Counted from the first letter of the stretch, positions 1-11,037 are shown. The stretch is 64,000 nucleotides of DNA from an uncultured Robiginitalea sp. (GCA_964461555.1 CAYWZF010000005.1:930-64929), one strand, 5' to 3'. Numbers and translations: made by a program. Notes: generated from the letters alone by a model not told the origin.

Positions 1-171
1 GCGTTCCGAATCGACCTTTCGGAACTCCCCGCTCCCATCCCCGGGGTCGAAAAGCACTTCGGTCAACAGCCAGGTCCCTTCCAGCATGGTGAGGTTGAGG
101 CGGTCGTCCTGGTCTTTCTGGCAGGCGGGGAGGGCAAAGGCTGCCAGGAGCAGCAAGAGCAGCTTTTTCAT
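1..171 (-). CDS. Lipoprotein of unknown function (5' part only, runs off the window)
   Basis: Manual translation from ATG 171: MKKLLLLLLAAFALPAC-QKDQDDRLNLTMLEGTWLLTEVLFDPGDGSGEF; signal peptide with lipobox Cys; not in the ORF track. Confidence 0.7.
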   Translation of the reverse strand, partial: MKKLLLLLLAAFALPACQKDQDDRLNLTMLEGTWLLTEVLFDPGDGSGEFRKVDSER

Positions 172-268
172 GGGCATAAGATACGGGAATCCTGGCAGGG
201 TTTCCCGCACTGGGGGGCAGAAATCGCCATATTCCCCAGAACAACCGGGATTAATTACCTTTACAGGC

Positions 269-874
269 ATGAATGAGGTACTTGCGAGATACCTGCCCGA
301 ACGGGCCGTGGCGCCCTGCCTCGAGCTGATACAGGCCAACGGGGTCCATCTGAAGATCGTTCGCCAGCGGGTCACGCGCCACGGGGATTACCGCACCCTC
401 CCCGGGGGCGGGCATCAGATCACCGTCAATGCCATGTCGAACCGCTACCGCTTTCTGATCACCCTGGTGCACGAGATTGCCCACCTGGTGGCCTTCGAGC
501 AGTACGGACGCCGTATCAAGCCCCACGGGGGGGAATGGAAACATACCTTTCAGCGGCTGATGCTGCCCTTCCTGAGGCCCGAGATCTTTCCCGATCGCCT
601 GCTTCCCGTACTGGCCCGTCATTTCAGGAATCCAAAGGCGAGCAGCAGTACCGATACGGCCCTGTCGCTGGCCCTGAAATTCTACGATCTGGAGCGCCCC
701 GACACCTGCCACGTGTACGAGATTCCCGAAGGGAGCCTGTTCCGCCTGTACAACGGCCGTATCTTCCGCAAGGGGACCTGCCAAATTAAACGCTACCAGT
801 GCGTTGAAGTTGCTACCGGAAAATTGTATCTTTTCCAGCCTCATGCCGAAGTAGAATTACTCTCTGAAAACTGA
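269..874 (+). CDS. SprT-like zinc metalloprotease domain protein
   Basis: HEIAH (HExxH) and PHGGEWK motifs; start moved to ATG 269, after a TACCTTTA -7-like box. Confidence 0.85.
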   Translation: MNEVLARYLPERAVAPCLELIQANGVHLKIVRQRVTRHGDYRTLPGGGHQITVNAMSNRYRFLITLVHEIAHLVAFEQYGRRIKPHGGEWKHTFQRLMLPFLRPEIFPDRLLPVLARHFRNPKASSSTDTALSLALKFYDLERPDTCHVYEIPEGSLFRLYNGRIFRKGTCQIKRYQCVEVATGKLYLFQPHAEVELLSEN

Positions 875-878
875 TCGT

Positions 879-1964
879 ATGAATTCCCATTACTACGCCG
901 TTCTGATGGCGGGCGGGGTGGGTTCCCGGTTCTGGCCGGTGAGCACCCGGTCGTACCCCAAGCAGTTCCACGACCTGCTGGGCAGCGGCCAGTCCCTTTT
1001 GCAGCGCACCTTCACCCGTCTGTCGCGGTTCATACCCGCCGAAAACATCCTTATCCTCACCAACGCCGACTACCGCGACCTGGTGCTGGGGCAATTGCCA
1101 CAAATCGGGCCTGCGCAGGTGGTGACCGAACCGGCCATGCGCAACACGGCGCCCTGCATTTTGTACGCAGCCCTTAAGATCCGCAAAATGGACCCGCATG
1201 CCTGCATGGTGGTCGCCCCCAGCGACCACTGGATCGAAGACGAGGACGCCTTTGAGCGCGATGTGGTGCGCTGTTTTGAGGCCGCCTCTGCCTCGTCGGC
1301 CCTTTGTACCCTCGGCATACAGCCCACTTTCCCGAATACGGGCTTCGGATATATTGAATTTGACCGGGGGGCCGACGATGCCACAGGCCTGAAAAAGGTG
1401 CGCCAGTTCCGGGAAAAGCCCGATTATGAAACGGCCAGGGCATTCCTGGCCCAGGGGAATTTCCTCTGGAATGCCGGGATCTTTGCCTGGAGTGCATCCA
1501 GCATCGTGGATGCCTTCCGGCGCTACCAACCCGAACAGTACGCCCTGTTTGCCGGCGGGCTGGAGGTGTACAATACCCCGGGGGAAGCCGCCTTTATCGA
1601 GGCGAATTACGCCCTGGCCGCCAACATATCGATCGACTACGCCATTATGGAACGCTCTGACCAGGTCTATGTGCTGCCGGCCTCTTTTGACTGGAATGAC
1701 CTCGGCACCTGGGGCTCCCTGTACGACAAGATGGACAAAGACCCTGCGGGCAACGCCATTGCCCGGGGCGCTGTGCTGACCGAGAATTGCAGCGGCAATA
1801 TGATCAGGCTGCCCGAAGGGAAGATCGGGGTACTGGAAGGCCTTGAAGGCTACATTGTGGTCGATACCGAAAAGGTGTTGCTGATCGTGCCCAAAACCCG
1901 GGAACAGGAGATCAAGCAATGGGTGGCCCGGGTCAGGGAATCATTTGGAACGCAACTCACGTAA
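879..1964 (+). CDS. manC: Mannose-1-phosphate guanylyltransferase
   Basis: MAGGVGSRFWPVS..PKQF, EPAMRNTAP, FREKP, SIDYAIME, WNDLGTW motifs. Confidence 0.93.
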   Translation: MNSHYYAVLMAGGVGSRFWPVSTRSYPKQFHDLLGSGQSLLQRTFTRLSRFIPAENILILTNADYRDLVLGQLPQIGPAQVVTEPAMRNTAPCILYAALKIRKMDPHACMVVAPSDHWIEDEDAFERDVVRCFEAASASSALCTLGIQPTFPNTGFGYIEFDRGADDATGLKKVRQFREKPDYETARAFLAQGNFLWNAGIFAWSASSIVDAFRRYQPEQYALFAGGLEVYNTPGEAAFIEANYALAANISIDYAIMERSDQVYVLPASFDWNDLGTWGSLYDKMDKDPAGNAIARGAVLTENCSGNMIRLPEGKIGVLEGLEGYIVVDTEKVLLIVPKTREQEIKQWVARVRESFGTQLT

Positions 1965-1967
1965 CTC

Positions 1968-3434
1968 ATGGAAGGAATAGAGAAGCCTCAACAGTCGAAT
2001 CCGACCCCGGGGGATGCTCCCGACACGGGGGAGGATGTAAAACGCGAATTCAAGGGCCTGCTGGGCAGTGTGAGAAGTTTCCTCTCCGAGACCCTCAATA
2101 TCAGGGCAAACACAGACCAGGAAGCGGCCCGGGAAGCTATTGTTGCCGACATTTCCTTCAGGGGGCATACCGCCTGGATTCTGGTCTGTTCCATCTTTAT
2201 AGCCTCCATCGGCCTCAATGCCAACTCCCCGGCTGTGGTAATCGGGGCCATGCTGATCTCCCCCCTGATGGGCCCCATCCTGGGGGTCGGGATGTCTATT
2301 GCCATCAACGATATCGACACCCTCAGGCGCTCCCTGAAAAATTTTGCCATCATGGTGGGGCTCAGCGTGCTGACCGCCTACCTGTTTTTCAGATTCTTCC
2401 CGTTGCAGGTCGAATCCAACGAATTGCTTGCCCGCACCGCCCCGGATATCCGCGATGTCCTCATCGCCTTTTTCGGGGGGACCGCCCTGGTGATCGCCCG
2501 GGCCAAAAAAGGGACAGTCGCCAGCGTGATCTTCGGGGTGGCCATTGCCACGGCCCTGATGCCGCCTCTCTGCACGGTGGGTTTCGGCCTGGCCATTGGC
2601 AAGTTTGGCTATGCGGGGGGGGCCATGTATCTCTTTACCATCAACACTATTTTCATCGCCCTGGCCACCTTCGTGGTCATCAAGATCCTGCATTTTCCCA
2701 TGGTTCGGTATGCCGATTCGGGCAGGAGGCGGCTCATTGCCCGGATCGCTTCCCTGCTGGCCATCCTGGTAATGGTTCCGGCGGTCTATACCTTTTACGA
2801 GGTTTTTCAGGAATCCCTGTTCCGTCGGCAGGTGCAGGAGCTGACTGCAAATACCATAGCGATCTACCAGTTTGAAGGGAACAGCCGGTTCATGCCCAAG
2901 CTCTCCAGCATCCATTATGACCCGGACGGCCGCTCGCAAATCGAATGGATCTGCATGGGCGACGACCCGGTGCCGGAAAATGTGATCCAGACCTGGAAGG
3001 CACAGAAGAACCAATTCTCCAAATTGCAGGATGCCGACCTCCATGTGGTAAGCGGGACCACCGACAGCGAGGAAAAATATCGCTATGTGAGCGAGTTGTA
3101 CGAGGCCAAAAAGGCCGAGCTGCTGAACAAGGACGAGCGCATCCGCATGCTGGAGGAGGAGCTCACCAGCATGAGCAGCCTGGCCGCTACCCAGATTCCT
3201 TTCAGTGATATATCGGCTGAGGCCCGGGCCAACTACCCGAATCTCATAGGGCTCGATTACGCCTTTACCCTGCAGACCGATTTCCAGAAAACCGACAGCG
3301 TGCCGATTATCGAAGCCAGGTGGAACGAAAACATTTCGGCCGATGAGCGCGAAGCTGAGCTCAAGCGATTCTCAGACTGGATCAAAGTGCGTTTGAAGAA
3401 CCCGAAAATCCAGGTACGGGAGGCTCCGGAGTAA
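1968..3434 (+). CDS. DUF389 family integral membrane protein
   Basis: IASIGLNANSPAVVIGAMLISPLMGPI and GVAIATALMPPL motifs; soluble C-terminal part with coiled coil. Confidence 0.85.
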   Translation: MEGIEKPQQSNPTPGDAPDTGEDVKREFKGLLGSVRSFLSETLNIRANTDQEAAREAIVADISFRGHTAWILVCSIFIASIGLNANSPAVVIGAMLISPLMGPILGVGMSIAINDIDTLRRSLKNFAIMVGLSVLTAYLFFRFFPLQVESNELLARTAPDIRDVLIAFFGGTALVIARAKKGTVASVIFGVAIATALMPPLCTVGFGLAIGKFGYAGGAMYLFTINTIFIALATFVVIKILHFPMVRYADSGRRRLIARIASLLAILVMVPAVYTFYEVFQESLFRRQVQELTANTIAIYQFEGNSRFMPKLSSIHYDPDGRSQIEWICMGDDPVPENVIQTWKAQKNQFSKLQDADLHVVSGTTDSEEKYRYVSELYEAKKAELLNKDERIRMLEEELTSMSSLAATQIPFSDISAEARANYPNLIGLDYAFTLQTDFQKTDSVPIIEARWNENISADEREAELKRFSDWIKVRLKNPKIQVREAPE

Positions 3435-4202
3435 TCAGTTCCGCTCTTCTTGGTACATCTGACGCACCTTCTTGAAGAGCTCAGACGAGTAGACAAAGTC
3501 GGTGACGGCCTCGTTGTCGGTCCGGAAGATGTCGCGGTTGGTGCCTTCCCAGGCTTTGTGCCCGTTCTTCAAAAAAATGATCTTTTCCCCGATTTCCATC
3601 ACCGAGTTCATGTCGTGGGTGTTGATTACGGTGGTGATGTCGTACTCGCGGGTAATCTCCTGGATGAGGTTGTCTATGATGATGGCCGTCTTGGGGTCGA
3701 GGCCTGAGTTGGGCTCGTCGCAGAAGAGGTATTTCGGATTCATCACGATGGCCCGTGCGATGCCCACCCGTTTTTGCATCCCGCCCGAGATTTCGGAGGG
3801 GAATTTTTTGTGCGCATCGACCAGGTTCACCCGTTTCAGCACAAAATCGACCCGGTCCTGCATCTCAGAACGGGCCTGATTTGTGAACATCTCAAGGGGG
3901 AACATCACATTGCCCTCCACGGTCATGGAATCGAACAGGGCGCTGCCCTGGAATAACATCCCCATTTCCTGCCGCAGGTCGCGCTGGGCCGAGGGGCTCA
4001 GGTCGGAATAGACCTGCCCGTTGTAGCTGATGGTGCCGCTGTCAGGGGTGATGAGGCCCAGCAGGCATTTCATGAAGACGGTCTTTCCCGACCCGCTTTG
4101 CCCGATGATCAGGTTGGTCTTTCCCTTGTCGAAGGTGGTGCTGATGCCTTTCAGCACTTCGGTGTCTCCGAATGATTTGTGCAGGTCTTTTACTTCGATC
4201 AT
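3435..4202 (-). CDS. mlaF: ABC transporter ATP-binding protein, MlaF/Mkl type
   Basis: Walker A GQSGSGKT, signature ISGGMQKR, DEPNSGLDP; coupled to MlaE permease. Confidence 0.88.
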   Translation of the reverse strand: MIEVKDLHKSFGDTEVLKGISTTFDKGKTNLIIGQSGSGKTVFMKCLLGLITPDSGTISYNGQVYSDLSPSAQRDLRQEMGMLFQGSALFDSMTVEGNVMFPLEMFTNQARSEMQDRVDFVLKRVNLVDAHKKFPSEISGGMQKRVGIARAIVMNPKYLFCDEPNSGLDPKTAIIIDNLIQEITREYDITTVINTHDMNSVMEIGEKIIFLKNGHKAWEGTNRDIFRTDNEAVTDFVYSSELFKKVRQMYQEERN

Positions 4203-4939
4203 CAGCCGAGCATTAGTTGGGTGAGGATATAGTTCAGGATGATGATCACCACGCTGGTCCAGACAAAGGAAACCGTGGCAGCCTTTCCGACCTCCAGCGC
4301 GCCCCCTTTCATGTAATAGCCGTGGTAGGAGGGCACTGTGGCGATCACAAAGGCGAACACCACCGATTTGATGAAGGAGTACGTGACGTGGAAGGGGTCA
4401 AAATCGAGTTGCAGGCCTTCCACGAAATCGGCGCTGGAGCTGAAGCCCCCGAACACCCCGGCGATCCATCCGCCCAGAATCCCGATATACATGGCGATAG
4501 CCACGGCAAAAGGGTAGAAGAACATGGCGATGATTTTCGGGAACACGAGGTAATTCAGGGAATTGACGCCCATTACTTCGAGGGCGTCGATCTGCTCGGT
4601 CACCCGCATGGTGCCGATGCTCGAGGTGATGTACGACCCCACCTTCCCGGCCATGATGATGGAGGTAAAGGTAGGGGCGAATTCGAGGATGACCGACTGC
4701 CGCGTCGCAAAGCCGATCAGGTTGCGGGGAATGAGCGGGTTGCTGATGTTGAGGGCGGTCTGTATGGCTACTACCCCCCCGATAAAGAAGGAGATAAAGA
4801 TGATGATCCCCAGGGAGCCATAAATAAGCTCATCGATTTCTTTCAGGATCAGGGACCTCATGATGCGCCATTTGGTAGGCTTTTTAAAGGTTTCCACGAC
4901 CATGATCGCGTAACTTCCGATGGATGCCAGGTAGTTCAT
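4202..4939 (-). CDS. mlaE: ABC transporter permease, MlaE family
   Basis: IGTMRVTEQIDALEVMG and GGALEVGKAAT motifs; start moved to ATG 4939 (MNYLASIG). Confidence 0.88.
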   Translation of the reverse strand: MNYLASIGSYAIMVVETFKKPTKWRIMRSLILKEIDELIYGSLGIIIFISFFIGGVVAIQTALNISNPLIPRNLIGFATRQSVILEFAPTFTSIIMAGKVGSYITSSIGTMRVTEQIDALEVMGVNSLNYLVFPKIIAMFFYPFAVAIAMYIGILGGWIAGVFGGFSSSADFVEGLQLDFDPFHVTYSFIKSVVFAFVIATVPSYHGYYMKGGALEVGKAATVSFVWTSVVIIILNYILTQLMLG

Positions 4940-5052
4940 AGGGGCCGGAGCGGCTTTGATGCGGTAAAAATAAGAATATTCATATTGATTTAATGCGGGG
5001 GACCGGGGCGAATAAGGGGTATTCTGTATTTTAGCGGGTAAAATCCGGCAAG

Positions 5053-6735
5053 ATGAATGCACCCCTTCGGCGTTTCCCCATTATGATCACGACCCTGTTC
5101 CTCAGCATTGCTGCCCTCCATGCCCAGGCCGGGTCGCGCAGCGGACAGGGCCCTGCCGAACGCCCCCTTTTCGGGGACCCGCCCAAACTGGTGGTGGGCA
5201 TCGTGGTCGACCAGATGCGCTACGATTACCTGTCGCGGTTCTGGGGCAAGTTCGCAGACGACGGCTTCAAGCGGCTGGTCGGGGATGGCTTTACCTGCCG
5301 CAACCACCATTTTGACTATGCCCCTACCAGCACTGGCCCGGGCCATGCCTCAATCTATACGGGTACCACCCCGGCCGTACACGGCATACTGGGCAACGAC
5401 TGGTTTGACGTATCGAGCGGGGAATCGGTGTACTGCACGGGCGACGATTCGGTGCTGCCGGTGGGCACTGCCGCCGAAGCCGGGAAGAATTCGCCCCATC
5501 GCCTGCTGGTTTCGACCATCACCGACCAGCTCAGGCTGCATTACCAGATGCGCTCAAAGGTGGTCGCGGTGGCCATCAAAGACCGGGGGGCCGTACTTCC
5601 CGGCGGGCACACCGCCAATGCGGCCTACTGGTTTGAGGGAGGCAGCACCGGCCACTGGATCAGCAGTTCCTACTATATGGACCAACTCCCCGAATGGGTG
5701 CAGCGCTTCAACAATTCAGGCGCTGCCGCCGCCTACCGCAAAGACTGGGAGCCGCTAAGGGACCTTGACACCTATGTGGAAAGCGGCCCTGACAACGTGC
5801 CCTATGAAGGTTTGATCGATGGGGAGCAAGCCCCTGTTTTCCCGCATAAGCTTCCGGAATTGTGGGATGCCAACGGCAGCTTTGGCCTGCTCCGCATAAC
5901 GCCCTTTGGCAACAGCCTCACGACAGATTTTGCCCTGGAAGCCCTGGAAGCAGAGGCCCTGGGGGCAGATGCCATCCCCGATTTTCTGGCTATCAGCTAT
6001 TCGAGCACTGACTATGTCGGGCATTTTTACGGGGTCGATTCCAAAGAGGTCGAAGATACTTACCTTCGCCTCGACCAGGACCTGGCACGCCTGCTGAAGC
6101 AACTCGACAAAAAGGTGGGCAGCGGCAATTATACCATCTTCCTGACCGCCGACCACGGGGCCCTGCCGGTAGCCGGATACCTGGCCGACCAGAAGCTGCC
6201 GGCCGGAAACCTGGAAATGCAGGACATAGGCAAGCGTTTCAACGATTTTATCCGGTTTACCTACGGGAATTCCAAAATTGTGCGCAATAGTTCGAACAGC
6301 CAGATCTTCCTCGACCACGACCTGATCCGGAACCTCGACCTCGACCTGGCTGAGGTGCAGCGCACTCTGGCCGCCGAACTCATGAGCTACGATGGGGTTG
6401 AGGCCGTCTACACCGCCACGCAGATGATGGAGGCCGATTACACCGATGGGGTGCCGGCCGTCCTGCGAAGGGGCTTCAACCCGAAACGGTCTGGCGACCT
6501 GCTTTTGGTGTATCCCCGGTCTTTTGTCAATTATTCTTCCACGGGCTCCACCCACGGCTCGCCCTACCCGTACGACACGCACGTTCCGTTGCTCTTTTAC
6601 GGGAAGGGGATCAGGCATGGCAACCTGCTGCGCCGCACCACCATCCCGGATATTGCCCCCACCCTGGCCGCCCTTTTGGGGATTGCCCTGCCCGACGGCA
6701 CGACCGGGGAGCCGATCCCGGAGGTCTTAGAATAA
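5053..6735 (+). CDS. pafA: PafA-type alkaline phosphatase
   Basis: VVDQMRYDY, PTSTGPGHAS (Thr nucleophile), IKDR, TDYVGH, TADHG, THGSPY motifs; signal peptide (start may be 5083). Confidence 0.88.
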   Translation: MNAPLRRFPIMITTLFLSIAALHAQAGSRSGQGPAERPLFGDPPKLVVGIVVDQMRYDYLSRFWGKFADDGFKRLVGDGFTCRNHHFDYAPTSTGPGHASIYTGTTPAVHGILGNDWFDVSSGESVYCTGDDSVLPVGTAAEAGKNSPHRLLVSTITDQLRLHYQMRSKVVAVAIKDRGAVLPGGHTANAAYWFEGGSTGHWISSSYYMDQLPEWVQRFNNSGAAAAYRKDWEPLRDLDTYVESGPDNVPYEGLIDGEQAPVFPHKLPELWDANGSFGLLRITPFGNSLTTDFALEALEAEALGADAIPDFLAISYSSTDYVGHFYGVDSKEVEDTYLRLDQDLARLLKQLDKKVGSGNYTIFLTADHGALPVAGYLADQKLPAGNLEMQDIGKRFNDFIRFTYGNSKIVRNSSNSQIFLDHDLIRNLDLDLAEVQRTLAAELMSYDGVEAVYTATQMMEADYTDGVPAVLRRGFNPKRSGDLLLVYPRSFVNYSSTGSTHGSPYPYDTHVPLLFYGKGIRHGNLLRRTTIPDIAPTLAALLGIALPDGTTGEPIPEVLE

Positions 6736-7620
6736 GTATTTGGTGATTTGCCGCCAGCGCCAGCGCCGTGCAAATCGCCCCTCCGCTCGCGAGAGCAGGC
6801 GGGGCTGACGCTGCCTTCTGGCCTGCAGGCATCCGCGCAGGTGCCACCAGGGAAGGAGGGGGTTTTTCCGCTTCCAGGCCATTTTGAGGGAGGCCAGCAC
6901 CCCCAGCCACCACCCGTAGCGCAGGGTGTACAGGGTTTCTCCCTGCCGCAGGGCGTTTTCTTTGGAGTAAGCGCTTCCGGTAGGCCGCAGGTGCTTTACC
7001 TGCAGCGATTCGAGGGTCTGCACCCCAAAGCCGTGGTAGCGCGCCTGCAATACGTCTGCCGTGTCCCAGCCCACCGCGGGCCGAAGCCCGCCGATCGCGG
7101 AAAAGCAGGCCGCGGTATAAAGTTTCAGGGGCCCCCTGACGTGGTCGCGGTTGGCAATGGGCTCGTACGCCCAGTCCCCCTGCCGCTGCACATAGAGCAG
7201 CCCGGAGCACATCCCGAGGTTCGGATCTGTTTCAAGGGCCTGAAGCACAAGCGCGAAATAATCCGGGGGCAGAATCAGGTCGGCGTCGAATTTCCCGATC
7301 AGGTCAAAAGGCCGGGAAAGTTCTGCCAACCCGTGCCCGAAGGCCCTGATGACCTTGGCCCCGGGCCGGTGGCCCGGGTCTGACTCCCTGCGCACCCACC
7401 TGATCCAGGAATGGGAATCGGCGTAGCGCGCGGCGATTTCGGGGGTGGCGTCGGTGCTGTGGTCGTCGACGATCACCAGCTCGTCGGGGGGGCGGGTTTG
7501 GTGCACAAAGGAATCGAGGCAGGCTTCGAGGTGCTCCGCCTCGTTATGGGCGGGCATGACCACCGCCAGCCATTTCGGGCCGGGGGTTTCGGGCCTGCTA
7601 TGGCGGCGCTCCCCGCTCAT
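6727..7620 (-). CDS. Glycosyltransferase family 2
   Basis: VVMPAHNEA, VDDHSTDAT, KFDAD, GWDT motifs; start 7620 overlaps the upstream stop (ATGA). Confidence 0.88.
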   Translation of the reverse strand: MSGERRHSRPETPGPKWLAVVMPAHNEAEHLEACLDSFVHQTRPPDELVIVDDHSTDATPEIAARYADSHSWIRWVRRESDPGHRPGAKVIRAFGHGLAELSRPFDLIGKFDADLILPPDYFALVLQALETDPNLGMCSGLLYVQRQGDWAYEPIANRDHVRGPLKLYTAACFSAIGGLRPAVGWDTADVLQARYHGFGVQTLESLQVKHLRPTGSAYSKENALRQGETLYTLRYGWWLGVLASLKMAWKRKNPLLPWWHLRGCLQARRQRQPRLLSRAEGRFARRWRWRQITKYLF

Positions 7621-8138
7621 CGGATGCGCTCGGCGTACACCAGGTAATAGCGGGGGGTAAACCGCCTTAAGAGCGGCCTGAACCCGAACTTCCTGACCGG
7701 GTGGGCCCACTGCAGGCGGTCGACAATGCGCCAGCCGGCCTTCTCGAGCAGCCAGTCGAACTGCCAGGCCTCGAACTCGTGGAAATGGCGGTCGCGCGGA
7801 TCGGTCTTCGAGCGGTAGGCCGATGCGAACCACAGCCTCAGGGGCACGCTGGCCAGCAGCTTGTCTGAGGGAATGGCCTGCAATACCCCGAGGGGGGAAA
7901 CCAGGTGCTCCAGGATCTCAAAAGCCGTTACCACTGCCGCATCAGACCGGCGTACTGCCTCGAGCTCCAGGTCGAGGTCTTCTCCTGCCGTATTGGCGAC
8001 CTGGTACCCTTGCCGCTTCATGATCTCCGAAAAGGGGTTCTCGACGCCCAGGTCCAGGATGGGTTCTTCCGGCGAAACATGTTTCTGCAGGAATTCCAGG
8101 GTCAGGCGGTACCTTTTTTCCGGATAGTATTTATACAT
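7617..8138 (-). CDS. Small class I SAM-dependent methyltransferase-like protein
   Basis: ILDLG, AFEILEHL, HFHEF motifs. Confidence 0.72.
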   Translation of the reverse strand: MYKYYPEKRYRLTLEFLQKHVSPEEPILDLGVENPFSEIMKRQGYQVANTAGEDLDLELEAVRRSDAAVVTAFEILEHLVSPLGVLQAIPSDKLLASVPLRLWFASAYRSKTDPRDRHFHEFEAWQFDWLLEKAGWRIVDRLQWAHPVRKFGFRPLLRRFTPRYYLVYAERIR

Positions 8139-8144
8139 GGGCGG

Positions 8145-11000
8145 CTATTCGGTGGTTTCGGCATAGGCCTCCAGGGGCGTACAGGTGCAGATCAGGTGCC
8201 TGTCGCCATAGGCATCGTCTACCCGCCTCACGCTCGGCCAGAATTTGTTTTCGGACACCCAGGGCAGGGGATAGGCTGCCTCGGTGCGCGAATACGGGTG
8301 CTCCCAGGTGTCTGCGGTAACCATGGCCAGGGTGTGGGGCGCATTCTTCAGCAGGGGGCTGCCCGCCTCCCCGGCAGCGTCGATCTCTTTCCGGATCGAC
8401 AACAGGGCCGCGCAAAAGCGGTCGAGCTCTTCCAGGCTTTCGCTTTCGGTGGGTTCGATCATCAGGGTACCCGCCACCGGGAAGGAAACGGTGGGGGCGT
8501 GGAAGCCGTAATCCATCAGCCGCTTGGCGATGTCGGTCACTTCGATGCCCTGTTTCTTGAAGGGCCGGCAATCGACGATCATCTCATGGGCGGCACGGCC
8601 CATTTCGCCTGTATACAAAATCGGGAAGGCCCCTTTGAGGCGTTCCTTCATGTAGTTGGCATTCAGGATGGCGATGCGGGTGGCCTGCGTCAGCCCTTCT
8701 GCCCCCAGCATCCGGATGTAGGCGTAGGAGATCAGGCAGACCAGGGCGCTGCCCCAGGGGGCTGCAGAAACAGCCGGGATGCCGTTTGCCCCCCCGGTTT
8801 CGACCACCGGGTTTTTGGGCAGGAATCCGGCCAGCTGAGGGGCCACGCAAACTGGCCCGACCCCTGGGCCGCCCCCGCCGTGGGGGATGGCAAAGGTCTT
8901 GTGCAGGTTCAGGTGGCAAACGTCGGCCCCGATGGTGGCCGGGTTGGTCAGCCCCACCTGGGCGTTCATGTTGGCCCCGTCCATGTAAACCTGGCCCCCG
9001 TGCTCGTGGATCAGGCGGGTGACCTGCCTGATGGACGATTCAAATACCCCGTGGGTGGATGGGTAGGTGACCATCAGGGCCGCCAGGGAATCGCTGTGGG
9101 CCAGCACCTTCTCTTCCAGGTCGGCCAGGTCGATATTGCCCTTCTCGTCTGTTTTGGTCACCACCACCTGCATGCCCGCCATGACGGCCGAAGCCGGGTT
9201 GGTGCCGTGGGCCGAGGCCGGGATCAGGCAGATGTTCCGGTGCCCCTCGCCCCGCGATTCGTGGTAGGCCCGTATGAGCATCAGGCCGGCGTATTCGCCC
9301 TGGGCCCCCGAATTCGGCTGGAGGGAGGTGGCGGCAAAGCCTGTGATCTCGCAGAGGTATTCCTCCAGTTTTTTCAGCATTTGCTGGTAGCCCCGGGCTT
9401 GCCCAACGGGCACAAAGGGGTGCATGTTGGCCCATTCCGGCATGCTAAGCGGCAGCATTTCGGTAGCGGCGTTCAGCTTCATGGTACACGAGCCGAGGGA
9501 GATCATGGATTGGTTCAGGGCCAGGTCTTTGCGCTCCAGCTTTTTCAGGTAGCGCATCATTTCGGTCTCGGAATGGTACCGGTTGAAGACTTCCTGCTCC
9601 ATGAAGCTGCTGCTGCGCCGGAGCGCAGCCGGGATGCGGGGGGCGGCATTCAGGTTCAGCGCACCGGCTTTCCCGCTTTTATCCTGGGCCCGGGCAAACA
9701 GGTTCAGGATCTCTTCCAGGTCGGTGGGGCTGGTGGTCTCGTTCAGCGAGATGCAGGTCGTGCCCGGCCCCGGGTAGCCAAAGTTGATCCCGGCAGCCTC
9801 GGCAAGGGGCCTGATCCGGTCTGCCGGGAACTCCAGGCAGAGCGTGTCGAAAAAGGCCTCGTGCCTGAGCGTGACCCCCAGGGCCTGCAGGCCTTCGGCC
9901 AGGGAGGCCGCATGGGCGTGCACGCGTGCGGCAATCGACCGCAGGCCTTTCGGCCCGTGGTATACGGCGTAGGCCCCGGCCATGACGGCCAGCAGTACCT
10001 GGGCGGTACAGATGTTGGAGGTTGCCTTGTCGCGTTTGATGTGCTGCTCGCGGGTCTGCAGGGCCATGCGGTAGGCCGGTTTTCCGTCCATGTCTTTGCT
10101 CAGGCCGATGATCCGGCCCGGGATGCTGCGCTTGTATTCTTCCCGTGTGGCGAAAAAGGCTGCATGCGGCCCCCCGTATCCCATCGGGATCCCGAAGCGC
10201 TGGCTGCTGCCCACCACCACATCGGCGCCCCATTCGCCCGGAGGCGTCAACAGGCAGAGGCTCAGCAGGTCGGCGGCTACCGCCACCTTGATTTCAAGGG
10301 CGTGGGCCTGCTGCACGAAGCCCTCCAGGGAGGCAACCGCCCCATCTGCCGCGGGGTACTGCAACAGCGCCCCGTAGAAGGTCTGGTCGAGGGCCGCTTC
10401 GGCCACCGGGCCCACCACCAGTTCGATCCCCAGGGGTTTCGAACGGGTTTGCAGCACCGCAAGGGTCTGCGGCAACACCTGGTCGGAGACGAAGAAACGC
10501 AGGCAATCAGCTTTTTTCTGCTCCCGGGTGCGCAGGTCGACCAGCATGGTCATGGCCTCGGCTGCCGCCGTGCCCTCGTCGAGCAGGGAGGCATTGGCCA
10601 GTTCCATGCCAGTGAGGTCGCACACCATGGTCTGGAAGTTCACCAGGGCTTCGAGCCGGCCCTGGGCGATCTCGGCCTGGTAAGGCGTGTAGGCCGTATA
10701 CCAACCCGGGTTTTCCAAAATGTTCCGCTTGATCACAGAAGGGGTGATGGTCGGGTGGTACCCCAGGCCGATATAATTCCTGAAAACCTGGTTCTCCCGT
10801 GCCAGGCCGTGGATGTGCTGCAAAAACTCGTACTCGCTCATTGGGGGGTCGAGCTGCATCTCCTTTTTCAGGCGGATGTCGTCGGGCAGGGTTTCATAAA
10901 TGAGTTGGTCCAGGTTTTTCACCCCGATTACTTCCAACATGGCAGGCAAATCCCCGGGCCGGATGCCCAGGTGCCGCGATGCAAAAGACTCTGTATTCAT
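8145..11000 (-). CDS. gcvP: Glycine dehydrogenase (aminomethyl-transferring), glycine cleavage P protein
   Basis: [38 protein letters not shown] (PLP Lys), PHGGGGPG; start moved to ATG 11000. Confidence 0.97.
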   Translation of the reverse strand: MNTESFASRHLGIRPGDLPAMLEVIGVKNLDQLIYETLPDDIRLKKEMQLDPPMSEYEFLQHIHGLARENQVFRNYIGLGYHPTITPSVIKRNILENPGWYTAYTPYQAEIAQGRLEALVNFQTMVCDLTGMELANASLLDEGTAAAEAMTMLVDLRTREQKKADCLRFFVSDQVLPQTLAVLQTRSKPLGIELVVGPVAEAALDQTFYGALLQYPAADGAVASLEGFVQQAHALEIKVAVAADLLSLCLLTPPGEWGADVVVGSSQRFGIPMGYGGPHAAFFATREEYKRSIPGRIIGLSKDMDGKPAYRMALQTREQHIKRDKATSNICTAQVLLAVMAGAYAVYHGPKGLRSIAARVHAHAASLAEGLQALGVTLRHEAFFDTLCLEFPADRIRPLAEAAGINFGYPGPGTTCISLNETTSPTDLEEILNLFARAQDKSGKAGALNLNAAPRIPAALRRSSSFMEQEVFNRYHSETEMMRYLKKLERKDLALNQSMISLGSCTMKLNAATEMLPLSMPEWANMHPFVPVGQARGYQQMLKKLEEYLCEITGFAATSLQPNSGAQGEYAGLMLIRAYHESRGEGHRNICLIPASAHGTNPASAVMAGMQVVVTKTDEKGNIDLADLEEKVLAHSDSLAALMVTYPSTHGVFESSIRQVTRLIHEHGGQVYMDGANMNAQVGLTNPATIGADVCHLNLHKTFAIPHGGGGPGVGPVCVAPQLAGFLPKNPVVETGGANGIPAVSAAPWGSALVCLISYAYIRMLGAEGLTQATRIAILNANYMKERLKGAFPILYTGEMGRAAHEMIVDCRPFKKQGIEVTDIAKRLMDYGFHAPTVSFPVAGTLMIEPTESESLEELDRFCAALLSIRKEIDAAGEAGSPLLKNAPHTLAMVTADTWEHPYSRTEAAYPLPWVSENKFWPSVRRVDDAYGDRHLICTCTPLEAYAETTE

Positions 11001-11029
11001 AGCAGGCGCTTTCAACTTTTTTAAGTCTC

Positions 11030-11037
11030 CAAAATTA
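11030..11037 (-). promoter_or_regulatory. Bacteroidota -7 promoter element (TAATTTTG) for gcvP
   Basis: Matches TAnnTTTG about 30 nt upstream of the ATG. Confidence 0.55.

Noticed and set aside
7905..11024. 1039-aa plus-strand ORF antisense to gcvP
   Set aside because: Exact shadow of gcvP; high GC3 coding suppresses antisense stops; no recognisable motifs. The same applies to 813-1919, 15758-16903, 34452-35741, 48386-49750 and similar ORFs
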